A stretch of DNA of 64,000 bases from contig NC_058131.1 in NCBI RefSeq assembly GCF_016433145.1, positions 506,666,698 to 506,730,697 on the forward strand. The letters run 5' to 3'. A program made the position numbers and the translations under genes. The stretch is from Gracilinanus agilis (Eukaryota). Below, piece after piece: positions 38,609 to 51,651 of this stretch. The notes below the pieces were generated by a model. That model was not told the DNA's origin. It ran no database searches and saw only the letters and a list, made by a program, of their open reading frames with translations. Within the stretch, counting starts at the first letter, position 1; each line of letters begins with the position of its first letter.

Positions 38609-41008
38609 AAAGCATAGACATTTCTTTAAAATAATGGATAGTATCTATCTAAAACCATCAGCAAGTATCATCTGCACTGAGTATAAGTTAGAAGACTTCA
38701 CAATAAGATCAGGAGTAAATCAAGAATGCTCATTAACGCCACTATTATTTAATATTGTTCTAGAAATGCTAACTTTAGGAATAAGAGAAAAAAAAGAAAT
38801 TGAAGAAATTAAAGTAGGCAACGAGGAAATTAAACTATCACTCTTTGCAGATGATATCTGCAAAGAATCCTAGACAATCAATTAAAAAACTAGTTGAAAT
38901 GGCTTTAGCAAAGTTGCAGGATATAAAATAAACCCACATAAATATTCAATATTTCTATATATTTCTAACAAACTCCAGCAGCAAGACTTAGAGAAATACC
39001 ATTTAAAATAACGTTAGACAATATAAAACACTTGGGAATCTGTTTGCCAAGACAAACACAGGAATTATATGAACACAATTACAAAACACTTTACACAGTA
39101 ATAAAGTTAGATTTAAACAACTGGAAAAACATTAATTGCTCATAGGTAGGCCAAGCTAATATAATAAAAATGGCAATTCTACCTAAATTAATTTACTTAT
39201 TCAGTGCCATACCAATTAAACTATCAAAAAATATTTTATGTTACTAAAAGAAATAATAAAATTCATCTGGAAGAACAAAAGATCAAGAATATCAAGGGAA
39301 TTAATGAAAAAAATCATGACAGATGGTGGCCTAGCGATACCATAATCTGGTACTGGCTAAGAAATAGAATTATGGATGATTGGAATAGATTAGGGGTGAA
39401 TGACCTTAGCAATCTAATGTTTGATAAACCTAAAGATCCCAGCTTTGGGGATAACAACTCATTGTTTAACAAAAACTTCTGGGAAGACTAGAAAACCATC
39501 TGGCAAAAATTAGGTATAAACCAATATCTCACTCTATACCAAGAGAGTGTCAAAATGAGTATGTGATTTAGACATAAACGGTCATACTATAAGTCAATTG
39601 GGGGAACATAAAATAGTTTACCTGTCAGGTTTGTGGAAAAGGGAAGAATTTATGACAAAACAAGAGAGAAAGAACATTACAAACTGTAAAATGGATAATT
39701 TTTACTATATTAAATTAAAAAGCTTTTGTACAAACAAAACCAATGTAACCAAGATTAGAAGGAAAACAACAAACTGGGGGAGAGGGAGGAATTATAACAA
39801 ATTCCTCTGAAAAAGGTCTCATTTCTCAAATATAAAGAGAACTAAGTCAAATTTATAAGAATAGAAGTCATTCACCAATTGAAAAATGGTCAAAGGATAT
39901 GAAAAAAACAGTTTTCAGATGAAAAAATTAAAGCTATCAATAATCATATGAAAAAACATTCTAAATCCCTCTTGACTTGAGAAATGCAAATTTTAAAAAC
40001 TCTGTACTATCACCTCACATCTATTGAATTGGCCAATATGACAGTAAAGGAAAATGATAAATATTGGAGGGGCTATGGCAAAATTGAGACACCAATGCAT
40101 TGCTCATGGAGTTGTGAACTGATCCAACCATTCTGGAGGGCAATTCTGAACTATGTCCAAAGGGTTATAAAACTGTTCATATCCTTTGATCCTGTAATAC
40201 CACTAGAAGGTGTGTATTCTAAAAAGTTAAAAAAAAGAATAAGGACATACTAACATAAAAATACTTATAGCAGCTCTTTTTGTGGTGGCAACAAATTGGA
40301 AATTGAGGGGATGTCCATCAGTTTGGTGGTGGCTGAACAAACTGTAATATATGATGGTGATAAAAGACTATTGTGGTTTAAGAAATGATGAAAATGATGA
40401 TTTCAGAAAAAAAACTGGAAAGATCTACATGAACTATAAGCAGAACCAGGAGAATATTGTACACAGTAATAGCAATGTTGTGGAATGATCAGTTGTGAAA
40501 GACTTAGCTATTCTTAGCAATAAAATGATTCTGAAGGAATTATGACAAAGAATAGTATCCACTCCAGAGAAAGAACTGTAAGAGTTGGAATGTAGATCAA
40601 CACATACTATTTTTCACTTTAGTTTATTTGCATTTTTATTTTAAGGTTTTGATTTTATATGATTATTCTCTTAAAAAATGATCAATATGAAAATATGTTT
40701 TGCATGATAATTCATACACAACTCAAAGTGAATTGCCAGCTCTGGGAGGGGAGAGGAAAAGGAGGAAGAGAGACAATTTGGATCATATATTTTTGAAAAA
40801 CCTATGTGGAAATTTGCTAATATATATTAGTTGGTAAAATAGCTTTATTTTTTTATGTCTAAAACAGAGATCATTTTTTTTTTACAAAACCCTCTCCTTT
40901 TCCAAACTTTTCTATTATCATTAAGAGCACTATCATCTTTCCAGTCACCCAAGCTCATAGACTCAATGTTATCTTCAGTTATTCATTCTGACTCAATCCA
41001 CAAATACC

Positions 41009-41295
41009 TGTCATAAATATCCTGTAAATAGAATTTTGTACCCTTGGACTTCATCTCCCAGAATCCCTTTCCTTTTTTGTCCCCACATTGTGTCCTTATG
41101 TTTTGGTTATAAAAGTTTCTATAACCCTGCCATTTTTTCTTCTTCCCACACTCTCCTCTTCCCTGGGAACATGGTCAGATTGTCTCTCTCTCTCTCTCTC
41201 CTCACAGTTTTTATTTCCTCTGCTTAAAGTTATTATTAATAAAATTCTTATGAAATATAATACTTGGAGTACTAGATATAATTTTTAATCTTACA
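41009..41295 (+). mobile_element. Probable solo LTR
   Basis: TG...CA ends, TATAAAA near 41108, AATAAA near 41238. No clear TSD found. Confidence 0.45.
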
Positions 41296-42404
41296 TTTTT
41301 AAAAATTTAAAAATTCTCAATTTTTTTAAGCCATTGAGTAAAGAATAGGGAGTAAATAAATTTTGCAAAACTGTGTTTCTCTCCTGCTGCTTCTGGTGCA
41401 CTGCTATAGTTCCTGCTCCCACTGCTGCTGACTGCTTTGCTGCTGCCACTTACTGCTGCCAATTCAGCCTACACAGTCCCTGCCCAGCCTGCAGCCTCTG
41501 CTTACCGGGGACCAGACCCCTGCTGTAAGCCTGTGCCACGTCTTTTCAACACACAAACAGGGAGTTCTTAAGAAGCTGGTGAAGTATAAAGCCCCCTTTC
41601 CCTTGCTTGTTGTGGCTTCCCAAGCTGATTTTTAAGCTGACCGGGACTGAGGTATCATGGGGCCACTGGTTTTACCCCTGTGAGGGGGAAGGAACAGAAC
41701 TCTTCTCCCGAACGTTCCTTGTGAGGCTTTTACTCCTAGGCAGTGCATACCAGGGTAGCGCCACCTATGGAATGGAATTAGAGATTGCAAACACAGCCCA
41801 GTTTCCTGCCTATCTCAAACAGTTCCTGGTTCCAGAAAGTCTTACCAAGCTCATGCAGCTTCCAGTTTTATGATGTCTTTTCTTTATATTGTTCCTCAGT
41901 GCACTGGTCTTTGTGATTACCTTGAGTACTCTTGAGATTCTGCCTATACCCCCTTACTATTTTGGCCTTCCCAGTCTCTGCAACACTTTCAATATGGGAT
42001 TTGTCCACACTATGCCCAGTGCATGTATGGGGAACTCCAGAAGTGTGATCAAAGGAATCTAAATGGATGATAATACTGGGGAGGGGAAGGAACCTTAATA
42101 GAAGTCTGGAGGTGACCTTTTAAACCTTTTCAGACTCCATTGTTTTATTGATTGCTAACTATTTTCAGTTTTGTTTACCCTCCATAATAATGAACAAGTC
42201 TTTATTGGAATTAGAGAAAAGGACTCTTGAATTCCATGTCTATATCCTGTCATACTTATTGTATTTGCTGATTGTTTTAAAATTCAATTTTTTAAGTTCA
42301 CTTTTTAATCTGATCTATACTATTCTGTTACACTGAATCATTTTCACCTACTGTGTTTTGGTTATTAGCTATATGTTCTGTTATATTGTCTTTATTTGTA
42401 CTTT

Positions 42405-43340
42405 CCCCATGAGAGGACTGAAGAAAATACCATTGTAGATGTCCATAAACAACTTGCACAAACCCTTTTCAGTGGCAAAACCATAGGTCCTCATGGATGC
42501 TGGGTTTGCCACCAGATCCATCAAAGTCGTATATTGCCTAAACAGCCTTTTGTTCCTTTTTGCCTTTGTTAATTGTCACATAGATGATGGATGGATGGAC
42601 TCCATCAAACTGGTTACAACCTGTATACAACCTTTGGAGAATTTAATGAGCTAAATATCTCAATTGATTTTAAGGTGTCTTCAGACATGATTTTTATCTA
42701 TCTAGTAGCATCCCTACATCTGACTGATCATTTGCCTGCCTTTGAGTTTGTAACAAGTTGTTTGTAACAAGAGGTAAGGGTCCATTTAGTAGTTGAAGTG
42801 AAGTGAAATAGCATTGTTGTATTTCCCCATTTCCACATTTATTAAAAATGTAATGGATGAGACATCTGAAGTGATTTTCATTATTTTAGTCCTTGGCTCC
42901 ACATTAAAATGGATGGGACATACATATTGGAGACAAATCTCTTAAACTGTTACAGTCTTATACCAGAGGGAGGGAGGTCCCCAAAAAGGAGCTTGGTTAC
43001 CCTGTAATTGTAGAGAGCCGTAAACAAACACTTTGATCTGTAAATCCTATCAGATCCTGCTATAACTGATGATTCTAACCAATTTATAACTTCTTTCATT
43101 ATTCAAAGTTTTCCTGTGTAACAAATCATGTTATTTTGAAGAGAAGGGGGAATATGTCAGGAGCACTTAAGAGAAATTAGAATCTCAAGTAGATATTTTT
43201 ATCTGGAACCCCATCAAAAGATCAATACAGACTGGCAGAGCTGTGTATTGACCTTTTCTCCCTATCATGGTCAAGACCAGAGTGGGATATCTAAAATAAA
43301 AATCTGAGATTCCTCTTTTGATTCCTTTCATATTTCACAC
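42405..43340 (+). mobile_element. ERV 3' remnant: decayed env SU start, polypurine tract, LTR start
   Basis: EENTIVDVHKQLAQTLFSGKTIGPHGCWVCHQ (CWVC 42498-42509). PPT gaagagaagggggaata then TGTCAGG near 43155. AATAAA near 43295. Confidence 0.6.
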
Positions 43341-43349
43341 CTTTCTTTA

Positions 43350-44250
43350 ACATGCAATATAGTCTTATTGAAAAAGCTTTGGGCTCTCAGTAATCCAGCA
43401 GGAGCAGGGTTAACACAGTTTCCCTTGAGCCAAGAATGTAGCTGCCTGGTACAGCCAAGGTTGAACCTTTAGCAGGGGCATTTTGCCCAGAATTAAAGTA
43501 AAATAATGAGGCTCAAAAATATTGTTTAAGACCATCAAAACTGAGAAATTCAGGGGCTTTCCAGCCTAACAAGATGCCCCAGGCTTCACTTAATGATAAC
43601 ACATATAGTTGATAGTTTAGCATAGGTTTTTATCTATACCTGGAGGCTTCTAAGGCTTTTGTTTTGACTATAGTAAAAATACTGATCTCTGTAATTGAGG
43701 GAAACTTTCTTGGGCTTTTGGGGGAAGGGGATCTTTAACTTTCTATATAATAAACTGGTGACTCCATTGTGCCTCAGAGCACTTTGAGCTAACAAGCCGT
43801 GCTTCCAATTTGTTTCATTCTTTACATCCAATGACCACCGTAGGCCACTCAGATAAGTCTCTGGTTATAGAGCAGGATCTCTATATGTAATGAGTTATAA
43901 TCTCATCCGGGAGGTGGGAAGGATTTTCCTGGGAAGTCTAGTAGCTTCTGAATAGATTTTTATAGTTTTAACTCTTCAGCTTATTCTACCCTTCCACCAG
44001 AATGATCTAGATTCTTGGTGACATTTTTAGAACCCAAAGGTTTTCATCAGCAGTACAAGAGTTTTGTGTTGTGTTTTTTATGGGCTCTTCTGCCAAATTT
44101 TGGAATGATGGCAGTAATAGACTTTGTTAAAAATATCTTTGCCAAGGTTGAAAGATTTGCTAGATCTAAAGAACTTGTGACAAGTATCCATCATTTCATA
44201 GGTTTTTTAAATGTCACACAGCAAGTGGCTATATAGAGACTCATGTGAAT
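43350..44250 (-). mobile_element. ERV remnant: decayed integrase followed by env-like start
   Basis: Minus-strand translation with stops: IFLTKS..IIPKFG...SGGRVE*...IQKL; VKNETNWKH; PWLYQAATFLAQGKLC*PCSCWIT. Confidence 0.45.
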
Positions 44251-46327
44251 CCTAATGATAATGGGTTTGTTTGTTATTGTCATTAATTGAGCTATTATTA
44301 TTTTGAGAATTTGGATATTTCTTTGAATGTGCATTACCTATTGTAGTACTGTTTTATAAAGCTGTTACTTAGGGAAAATAATTTGCACTCACATGCATCA
44401 TTTGCACTCACGTGGATCATGGCCAAGTTAAAAGAGGAACTGGATCTTATTTTTAAATAAGAAACCTTTGTATTCTACCTCTCCTTGGCTGAAACAGTGT
44501 GTCACTGATTATATATTTTTTTTATTTTTAAAACATTTTTATTATTCTTTTCTCTTCTTTGTGCATTACAGTATGAGTTTTATTTTTTCTTCCTTTTTTC
44601 TCCTTTTTTTTGTCCTTAAAGCACGTTACCAGTATTAAAGAGTTTTGTTGTGTTTTTTTTATTTTGCACTAGAGTAAATTTAAAATGTTCATTATTCCTA
44701 ACGTCAATGCATACCCAAAAGCTTTAGACTATAAAAACAGTGCCATTGATTGTTTAAAAATTATGTGACTTTGCTTAATGATTGTTTCTGATTCCAGGAG
44801 AAGGGAATACAAAAAGAGCCACTGCACACTGCCAAGGAAGCACAAAGAGAACCTGCATAGTGCCAATCAAGCACACAGTCAAAGAGACCAAACCAGTCCC
44901 AATGGGATTAATGAGATTCTGCGCCATAACAAGAGGACTTGAACTTGCTTGAGGTTCGAGGTTGTGGCTGTTTGACATATGTTAGACACAGGAGTTCCCC
45001 AAGCCACACTACTATCAAGCACCTCACTTTAGCTGCCATCCTGGCCCCCCTATCCCTGAGAGAAAAGGTAAAATTAGACCAGGGAATGCTATTTGCCATT
45101 TGCTGCTAAAATCTAGTCCTTTTTCTGTCTTTCATAGTGTGGCAAATTTTCTTTAGTCCTACCTGCTGAGTGCTAAATTGCTACTACAAGTTTATGGGAT
45201 ATGAATCACTTTAATCAGGCCCTGATTCAAAGATGTGTTATAGGTTTATTTTTCCTTTACTTAGAATTTTTACAAATAAGGCTTTGATATTTTATATTTC
45301 ATCCATAAGTTATTTTTTCTCTTTTATTTGGATTTTTTAATTTTTTTACTTTCTTTTGACAATTGATTCATATACCTCATAACTCAGCCATGTATCACTG
45401 TGTGATCCCTGAGTTTATCAATGTCCTCCTCAGTGGGGAATATATTGTTATCCTATAATGCAAAGTTTAAATTCTTTTGGGAATAATTTTAGGATAAGAA
45501 ACTTGCTACCTCCCCAAATCCAGAAAAGTATGTCTCCATGACACTATCTTTAGAAATCCCTTATTTCCTTGATGAGGGCTCCATGAAGTCTCTTCTGGGT
45601 TCCTTGCCTGCTTTCCTTCCTTAATAATTACCTTGTATAAAGCTACTTTAAATTTATTTTACATATATTTATCTATGTATGTTGTATAGGATGCCTATAA
45701 ACTCCTTGAAAGCAAAAGTTGTCTCAGTTTTCATCTTGTAACTTCAGATTCTAGCACAGTTCCAAGCACATAGAAATTGCTAAACCAATGCTTTAGATTA
45801 ATTGATTATCAAAATAACTATTAAAAGGACTACTCTGTGTTTGGTAGATTCTTTATAGAGGATTTACCAGAAAAATAAAAGACTTTTATAGGAGTTAGAG
45901 GAAAAACAAGATATTGGGAATCAGAAGGCATCGGTGGTTTTCAATCCACCAAGAGAAATGGATCTCTATCTCATCCATAGATGATCTATCTACCATCTAT
46001 CATCTAAACACCAAAGTAAAAAAGAAGAACTTTCTAATGAACAAAGCTGACTAAAGGTAGGATGAGTTCTGTGGAAAACCAGCATCCATCCATCAAAGGT
46101 CACATTGAAAGGATTGTCTACCGTGGATAGAGAATTAGACTAAATCAGAGTCATCCTCTAGGTAAGATTTGCTGCATTCCTCTCTTCCCTACTCAGGAGG
46201 AAGGAAAGAGTTAAAAAAAACCACTTGCTAACATGGAATGTAGGAACTAAGGGAGAGTTGACAAGTCAAGAATTACTCTAAGGTTAAGAAACTAGATAAC
46301 TGGAAAGTTTGTAGTACACCTTTTTTT

Positions 46328-46520
46328 TAACCTTTACCTTCCACTTTAAAATCAACACTGTGTATTTGTTCCAAGGCAGAAGAGAAGTAAGCAATGGGCA
46401 ATAGGGTTTAAATGACTTGCCCAGGGTCACACAGCTAGGAAGTGTCTGAGGCCATATTAGAACCCAAGAGCTCCCAAAGGTAGGCCTGACTCTCAATCCA
46501 CTGAGCTGCCCAGTTGCCCC
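46328..46520 (-). mobile_element. SINE1_Mdo-type SINE
   Basis: Consensus match in reverse orientation. Confidence 0.85.
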
Positions 46521-46639
46521 CTAGTTTGTAGTACTCTTGACCAAAATTAAAAAGTACCCAAAAAAGGTAGATTTGGGGGAATTTAGTTCCAATTTGGACA
46601 TACTGAATTTGAGATGCCCATGACATCCAGGTGGATTGT

Positions 46640-47010
46640 CATTGTTATTTAGACATTCAGTTGTATCTTACTCTTTGTGACCTAATTTAAAGGGTTTTGT
46701 TTTGTTTTTTTAAACCCTTGTACTTTGGTGTATTGTCTCATAGGTGGAAGATTGGTAAGGGTGGGCAATGGGGGTCAAGTGACTTGCCCAGGGTCACACA
46801 GCTGGGAAGTGGCTGAGGCCGGGTTTGAACCTAGGACCTCCTGTCTCTAGGCCTGACTCTCAATCCACTGAGCTTTTTGACAAAGATAGAGATCAGCTTG
46901 CCATTTCTTTCTTCAGCACATTTTACAAATGAGAAAACAGAAACAATCAGGATAAAATGACCTGCCCAGGATCACACAGCTAGTAAATTTTGAACTGATA
47001 AAGATGAATC
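46640..47010 (-). mobile_element. MAR1-type SINE with nested SINE1_Mdo (about 46700-46876)
   Basis: MAR1 halves (...ctttgtgacct...gggtttt / ttgacaaagata...cttgccatttc...cacacagctagtaa) are split by a young SINE1. Confidence 0.75.
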
Positions 47011-47029
47011 TAAAAAAGAGGGTTTGGGG

Positions 47030-47235
47030 GGGGGGAGCAGCTGGGTGGCTCAGTGCACTGAGAGCCAGACCTAAAGATGGGAGGTCCTGGGTTCAAATCT
47101 TGCCTCAGACACTTCCTAGCTGTGTGACCCTGGGCAAGTTACTTAACCCCCATTGCCTAGCCCTTACCACTCTTCTGCCTTGAAACCAATACACAGTAAT
47201 GATTCTAAGATGGAAGGTAAGAGTTAAAAAAAAAT
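47030..47235 (+). mobile_element. SINE1_Mdo-type SINE
   Basis: gcagctgggtggctcagtg...gatggaaggtaagagttaaaaaa, preceded by a poly-G run. Confidence 0.85.
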
Positions 47236-47929
47236 TTATTTTTTTTTTAAAGATGAGTCTTCTGACTTCAGGTCTACCACTATTGTATCACCTAGCTGCC
47301 CAGGTGAGTGGGAATAGTCAACAAATGGAACTGGAGATCAGGAATATATTATAACTAAATGTATAAATCTGAAAATCACACATATAGATAGATAATAATG
47401 TTATCCATAGAAGCTAATGGCATTATTAAGGGAAAGTCTAGAATGAAAAAAGAAGAAAGAATAGGAGAGACTTAAGGGAAAAAATATGCACAATGATCCA
47501 GCAGGAGAGATTGAGAAGGATTGGTCAGGCAATTAAGAATCAAAGCAGATGAGAACAGTGTAATGGGTAAAGAGAGCAGCCAGGAGAGGGGGGTAATTGA
47601 CAGACCAAAAGCTAACACAGATTCCAAGAGAATGAAGAAAAGCAAATACTATGTTTGCCACAGTATGAACAAAGCATTTAATAGAGCAAACATTACATGC
47701 ATACTTGGATCAATTGAGACAAAAAGAATTTGAATTTGTGAAAAACAAACTAAATTTTTTCATTATTTTACAGAAATTTTATCTTGATACTTTCAAGTAC
47801 CTAGCTATAGCACAGTAAGCACAGGAATGAGGCAAACATAATGTTTAAATGAATAAAAAAATTAATTTGCTATTAGCAAGCCAATTTTTACAAATAAATG
47901 GGAGCTTTTTCCCAAAAAATTTAACCCTG

Positions 47930-48124
47930 GGGGAAGCTAGTTGGCTTAGTGGATTGAGAGCCAGGCCTAGAGACAGAAGGTCCTAAGTTCAAATATGGCC
48001 TCAGACACTTTCTAAACTGTGTGACCCTGAGCAAGTAACTTAACCTTCATTTCCTAACCCTTACTACTCCTCTGCCTTGGAACCAACACCCAGTATTGAT
48101 TCTAAGACAAAAGGTAAGGGTTTA
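47930..48124 (+). mobile_element. SINE1_Mdo-type SINE
   Basis: 16-bp TSD aaaaaatttaaccctg at 47914-47929 and 48125-48140. Confidence 0.9.
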
Positions 48125-48829
48125 AAAAAATTTAACCCTGAAAGAAATTTTTAAATTTCTCCCTTCAAAATAGTAGATGTTCAATTGATATTTGTTAAAC
48201 TGAAATGAATTTTGTTCATGCTATTTTCTTTTCATCTTTATGCTATTAATTTTCATTCTGTGAACAAGGATAAAGTAAGAAACAACAGCCCAGATCCTGA
48301 AAATTAGTACTTATTAGAACCTAAATTGATACAGTTTTAAATTTCATTTTATTCAGCTTTCTTTCATAATGAAGGGCAAAACTAAAGAAGGTACTTGCTT
48401 TCATCTGAGGGAACCCCAGGGTAGTGTCCATTTTTGAAAATAAATAATGAAAAGTAACTGTAATATTTTTGTGAATAAAATCATTTGTGGATGACCTATA
48501 CTAGATTCAATGAAGGTGAGTTACCTAATAAATAATTTTTGCAGTCTGTCCACAGGATTGAAATAAACTGAACAAATTTTGGCTTTGAGTTTCTTTGTCA
48601 GTGCCTTGTGTCACTCTCATTATTGAGCTAGAGTTGTAGAAACCCTCTAAGATCACCTATTTTATAGATAAAGAAATAGATTCCCATAGGGGTTGAAGTG
48701 ATATGCCCAGGGTCAAACATCAGAGGTGGAATTTGAATTTAATAGGTTTTATGGCTCAAGTCAGTATTCTATCCACTATACTTAACATGTTGCTTTTCTA
48801 AGACGACAGTTCAACTTGCACGAGTTTCT

Positions 48830-49750
48830 CTAGAACCCTTCCTTCATTCTTATCATTACTACTCCTTACTCCTTTCTTGCAATCATAGAAGACGCAGGCA
48901 TCCCTTCCAGCTCAATAAAACTTGCCTGACCTGTCCTCTTAATTGCATTTGCCCCCAACTCTTCTAAGATTTTGATTAGCCATCCCCTTTCTCTCAACTA
49001 TATGAAATCTCATCCTCTTCACTGGTTCTTTTGTATCAGCCCACAATCATTTTAATAATTTCTCCGTCTTAAAAAAAAAAATTAAGGCTTTTCTTGACCC
49101 TTCTAGTGAAGTTAAGTAGTATTCCATCTCTGTTTCTCTTTACTGCTAAACTTTTTGGAAATTTTGTTTCTACCTAATGCCTCCACAGTTTTCCCACCCA
49201 ACCACTCAACCCCTTGAAAACTAGCTTCCACTGATTCCACTCTACAAAAATTATTTTCTCTAAGATGACTAATGACCTTCTGATTGCTGAATCCAAAGGT
49301 TGTTTTTTTATTCAGCTGTTATCCTCTTGGTCTTTTTTGACCTCACTAATACCCTTTCCTGTGGAATTTCCTCTCCATTTCAAAAATGTCACAGTATCTT
49401 GGTTCTCCTCTCATCTTTCTAACTCCTACTCCTCTGGTTGCTTTGTTAGCTCTTCATCTCATAACTTCCAGCAGAACATGCAATCAAATACAATTCTATA
49501 TCTTAAAGAAGGTATCTACCAAGGTTCTTCATTTGGTCCTCCTCTCTTCTCTTTCTGCACTCTCTTCTTTGGCAATATTTATACCTGAAGTTTCACTACT
49601 ACCTATAACATATTAACTTCAAAATTCTTATTTCCAGCCCTAATCTCTAAACTCCAACCCAGATCTTCATCACCTGAAAACACATCTTCAACCAGATGTC
49701 CATCACACTGTTACCTTAGTCTTTCCTTAACACTTCAACAAAATATAGCC
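48830..49750 (+). mobile_element. L2 LINE remnant
   Basis: Pyrimidine-rich L2 RT-region sequence (ccactctacaaaaatt...aagatgactaatgacc). Confidence 0.7.
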
Positions 49751-51151
49751 TAATTTTTGCATTGTACTGGTAATAGTTCACTTTTATATGACTCTTTACA
49801 GTTTAAAAAGTGCTTGCATCACTTGAAAAATCTGCGATATAGGTAACATATTAGCCCCTTTTTTTAACTAATAAAGAGCCTGAGGTTCAGAGAATAGAAA
49901 ATCACACACTAATAAATAGCAGAACCTGAATTCAATTCCTCATCTTTTGACTCTTCTTCCTTTTCACTGTAAAATTCTGGACTCACATAGAAAGAGTTTC
50001 TCAAATTCATCAAAATTCTGATCCAATCAGGGTAAGACACATTTGAACTGGCTTTTCCTTAGACAGGAACTCAACTCCAGCATTTCCTCCTCCTTTGTGT
50101 TAAATCTGCTACCTTTCCCTCTCAGCTGGTACAAAGAATAGAAAACTCAACTCTGGAACAATCAGATTCATACGAACATATTTATGATCATTGCTAGACA
50201 AAGAAATTGATTCATTTTAACTTGGCTTCTCTTGTCAACATTCATATTCTGTAACACAGGCATGAAGCAAGAGTGTTAAATGATTTTTACTGACACAGCA
50301 CAGTCAAAACCCGCTATCATATGATATCAGAATGTGGCCAAAAGTACAACGATGGTAATAGTCAAAATTAACATCATAAAGCTAAAGTTTCTATAGCCAT
50401 TTAAGAACTAGATAGTGTTTTCTTCAAAATCATCTCATGATATTGATAGTAAAATTATTATCTCCATTTTACCTCTGAGAAAACTGAATCTAGAAGATTA
50501 TTGGGCTTGTCTATAGTTATACAGCTAATAAATAGCATATATATATATGTATGTAACATATATGTTTTAAATATATGTATATATAAAAAAATAGAGTAAG
50601 AACTTAAGCTGAGGTTTATTATCCCAACTCCTGGGCTCTTTCTACCATTCACATGCTCTACAGTAGAGGTTTCAAACTCAAAGAGAAATAGGGCCACTAA
50701 CCAATACATTATACATTAACCTATCTCTGTGGACCACATACTTAGAAAATCACAAATTAATATTTTCTATGTTCTATTATATTTTTATTTATTTTGTTCA
50801 ACATTTCTCCATTACATTTTCATATGGTTCTAGCACAATGGGAAGCGTTGTATACTCCCTGGACCTATAACCTATGTTTGATGCTTTTGTTTTTCAGAAC
50901 TGCCAAATAAGAATCTCCTATGTAACAACATCCAGGGCAAGTCATTATCCAGCCTTTTCCAACAGACCTTCAGGGACAAGGGACCTGTTATATCCTAAAG
51001 TAGCTCATTGCACTTCTTTAGAGGTAGAATCATTAGGAAGTTTGTCCCTTCATCAAACATAAATTTGTCTCTTTGCAATTCCACCCATTGTTCCTAGTTC
51101 TGCCTTCTGGAGCCAAACAGAATAATTCCTTTTCTAATTCTTTTTTGAGAG

Positions 51152-51402
51152 TTGACATTGTTCAGTTGTTTCAATTGTGTCTGATTCTTCATGACCCTAT
51201 TTGGGGTTTTCTTGGCAGAGAGATTGGAGTGGCTTACCATTTTCTTCTCCAGCTCATTTTACAGATGAGGAAACGGAGGCAAACAGGATGAAATGACTTG
51301 CCCAGGGTCACACAGCTAGTAAATCTCTGAGGTCACATTTGAACTCAGGAAGATGAGTCTTCCTGACTCCTACCCCAACCCTTTCTCTACTATGACACCC
51401 AG
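51152..51402 (-). mobile_element. MAR1-type SINE
   Basis: ttgttcagttgtttca...ggggttttcttggcagag...gacttgcccagggtcacacagctag. Confidence 0.8.
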
Positions 51403-51610
51403 CTGCCCATTTCTGAGAGAAAGCCCAACAAATACTTCAAGAATATTCCAGGCTACAAACCCTCAGTGCCCTCAACTCATATGTCAAGAATATAATGTCA
51501 TTAGTGTCTTAATTAAATCATTTAAACAAATAAATAATAATGATATACACAAAGGAAAATGGCATTATTCATAATTACTGATTCTCTTTCCTAAACAAAG
51601 AAAATCCTAC

Positions 51611-51651
51611 CTTGTGGGAGGAGAACATCAATTAGCCATTCACTGTGATCC
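51611..51651 (-). CDS. UNC79: UNC79 coding exon (41 nt): (G)DHSEWLIDVLLPQ
   Basis: tctctatag|GGATCACAGT...CCACAAG|gtaggat. Phase 2 to 1, joins both neighbouring exons in frame. Confidence 0.95.

Larger units (their letters stand above)
35200..40855 (+). mobile_element. Old L1 with both ends, internally deleted and disrupted, inserted in an L2 remnant
   Basis: 5'UTR starts gagaagatggcagagtag. Decayed ORF1 about 35850-36660. ORF2 pieces include RT motif SLFADD near 38840. 3'UTR about 40430-40850. TSD tgtctaaaa at 35191-35199 and 40856-40864, with host L2 sequence continuing across it. Confidence 0.85.
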
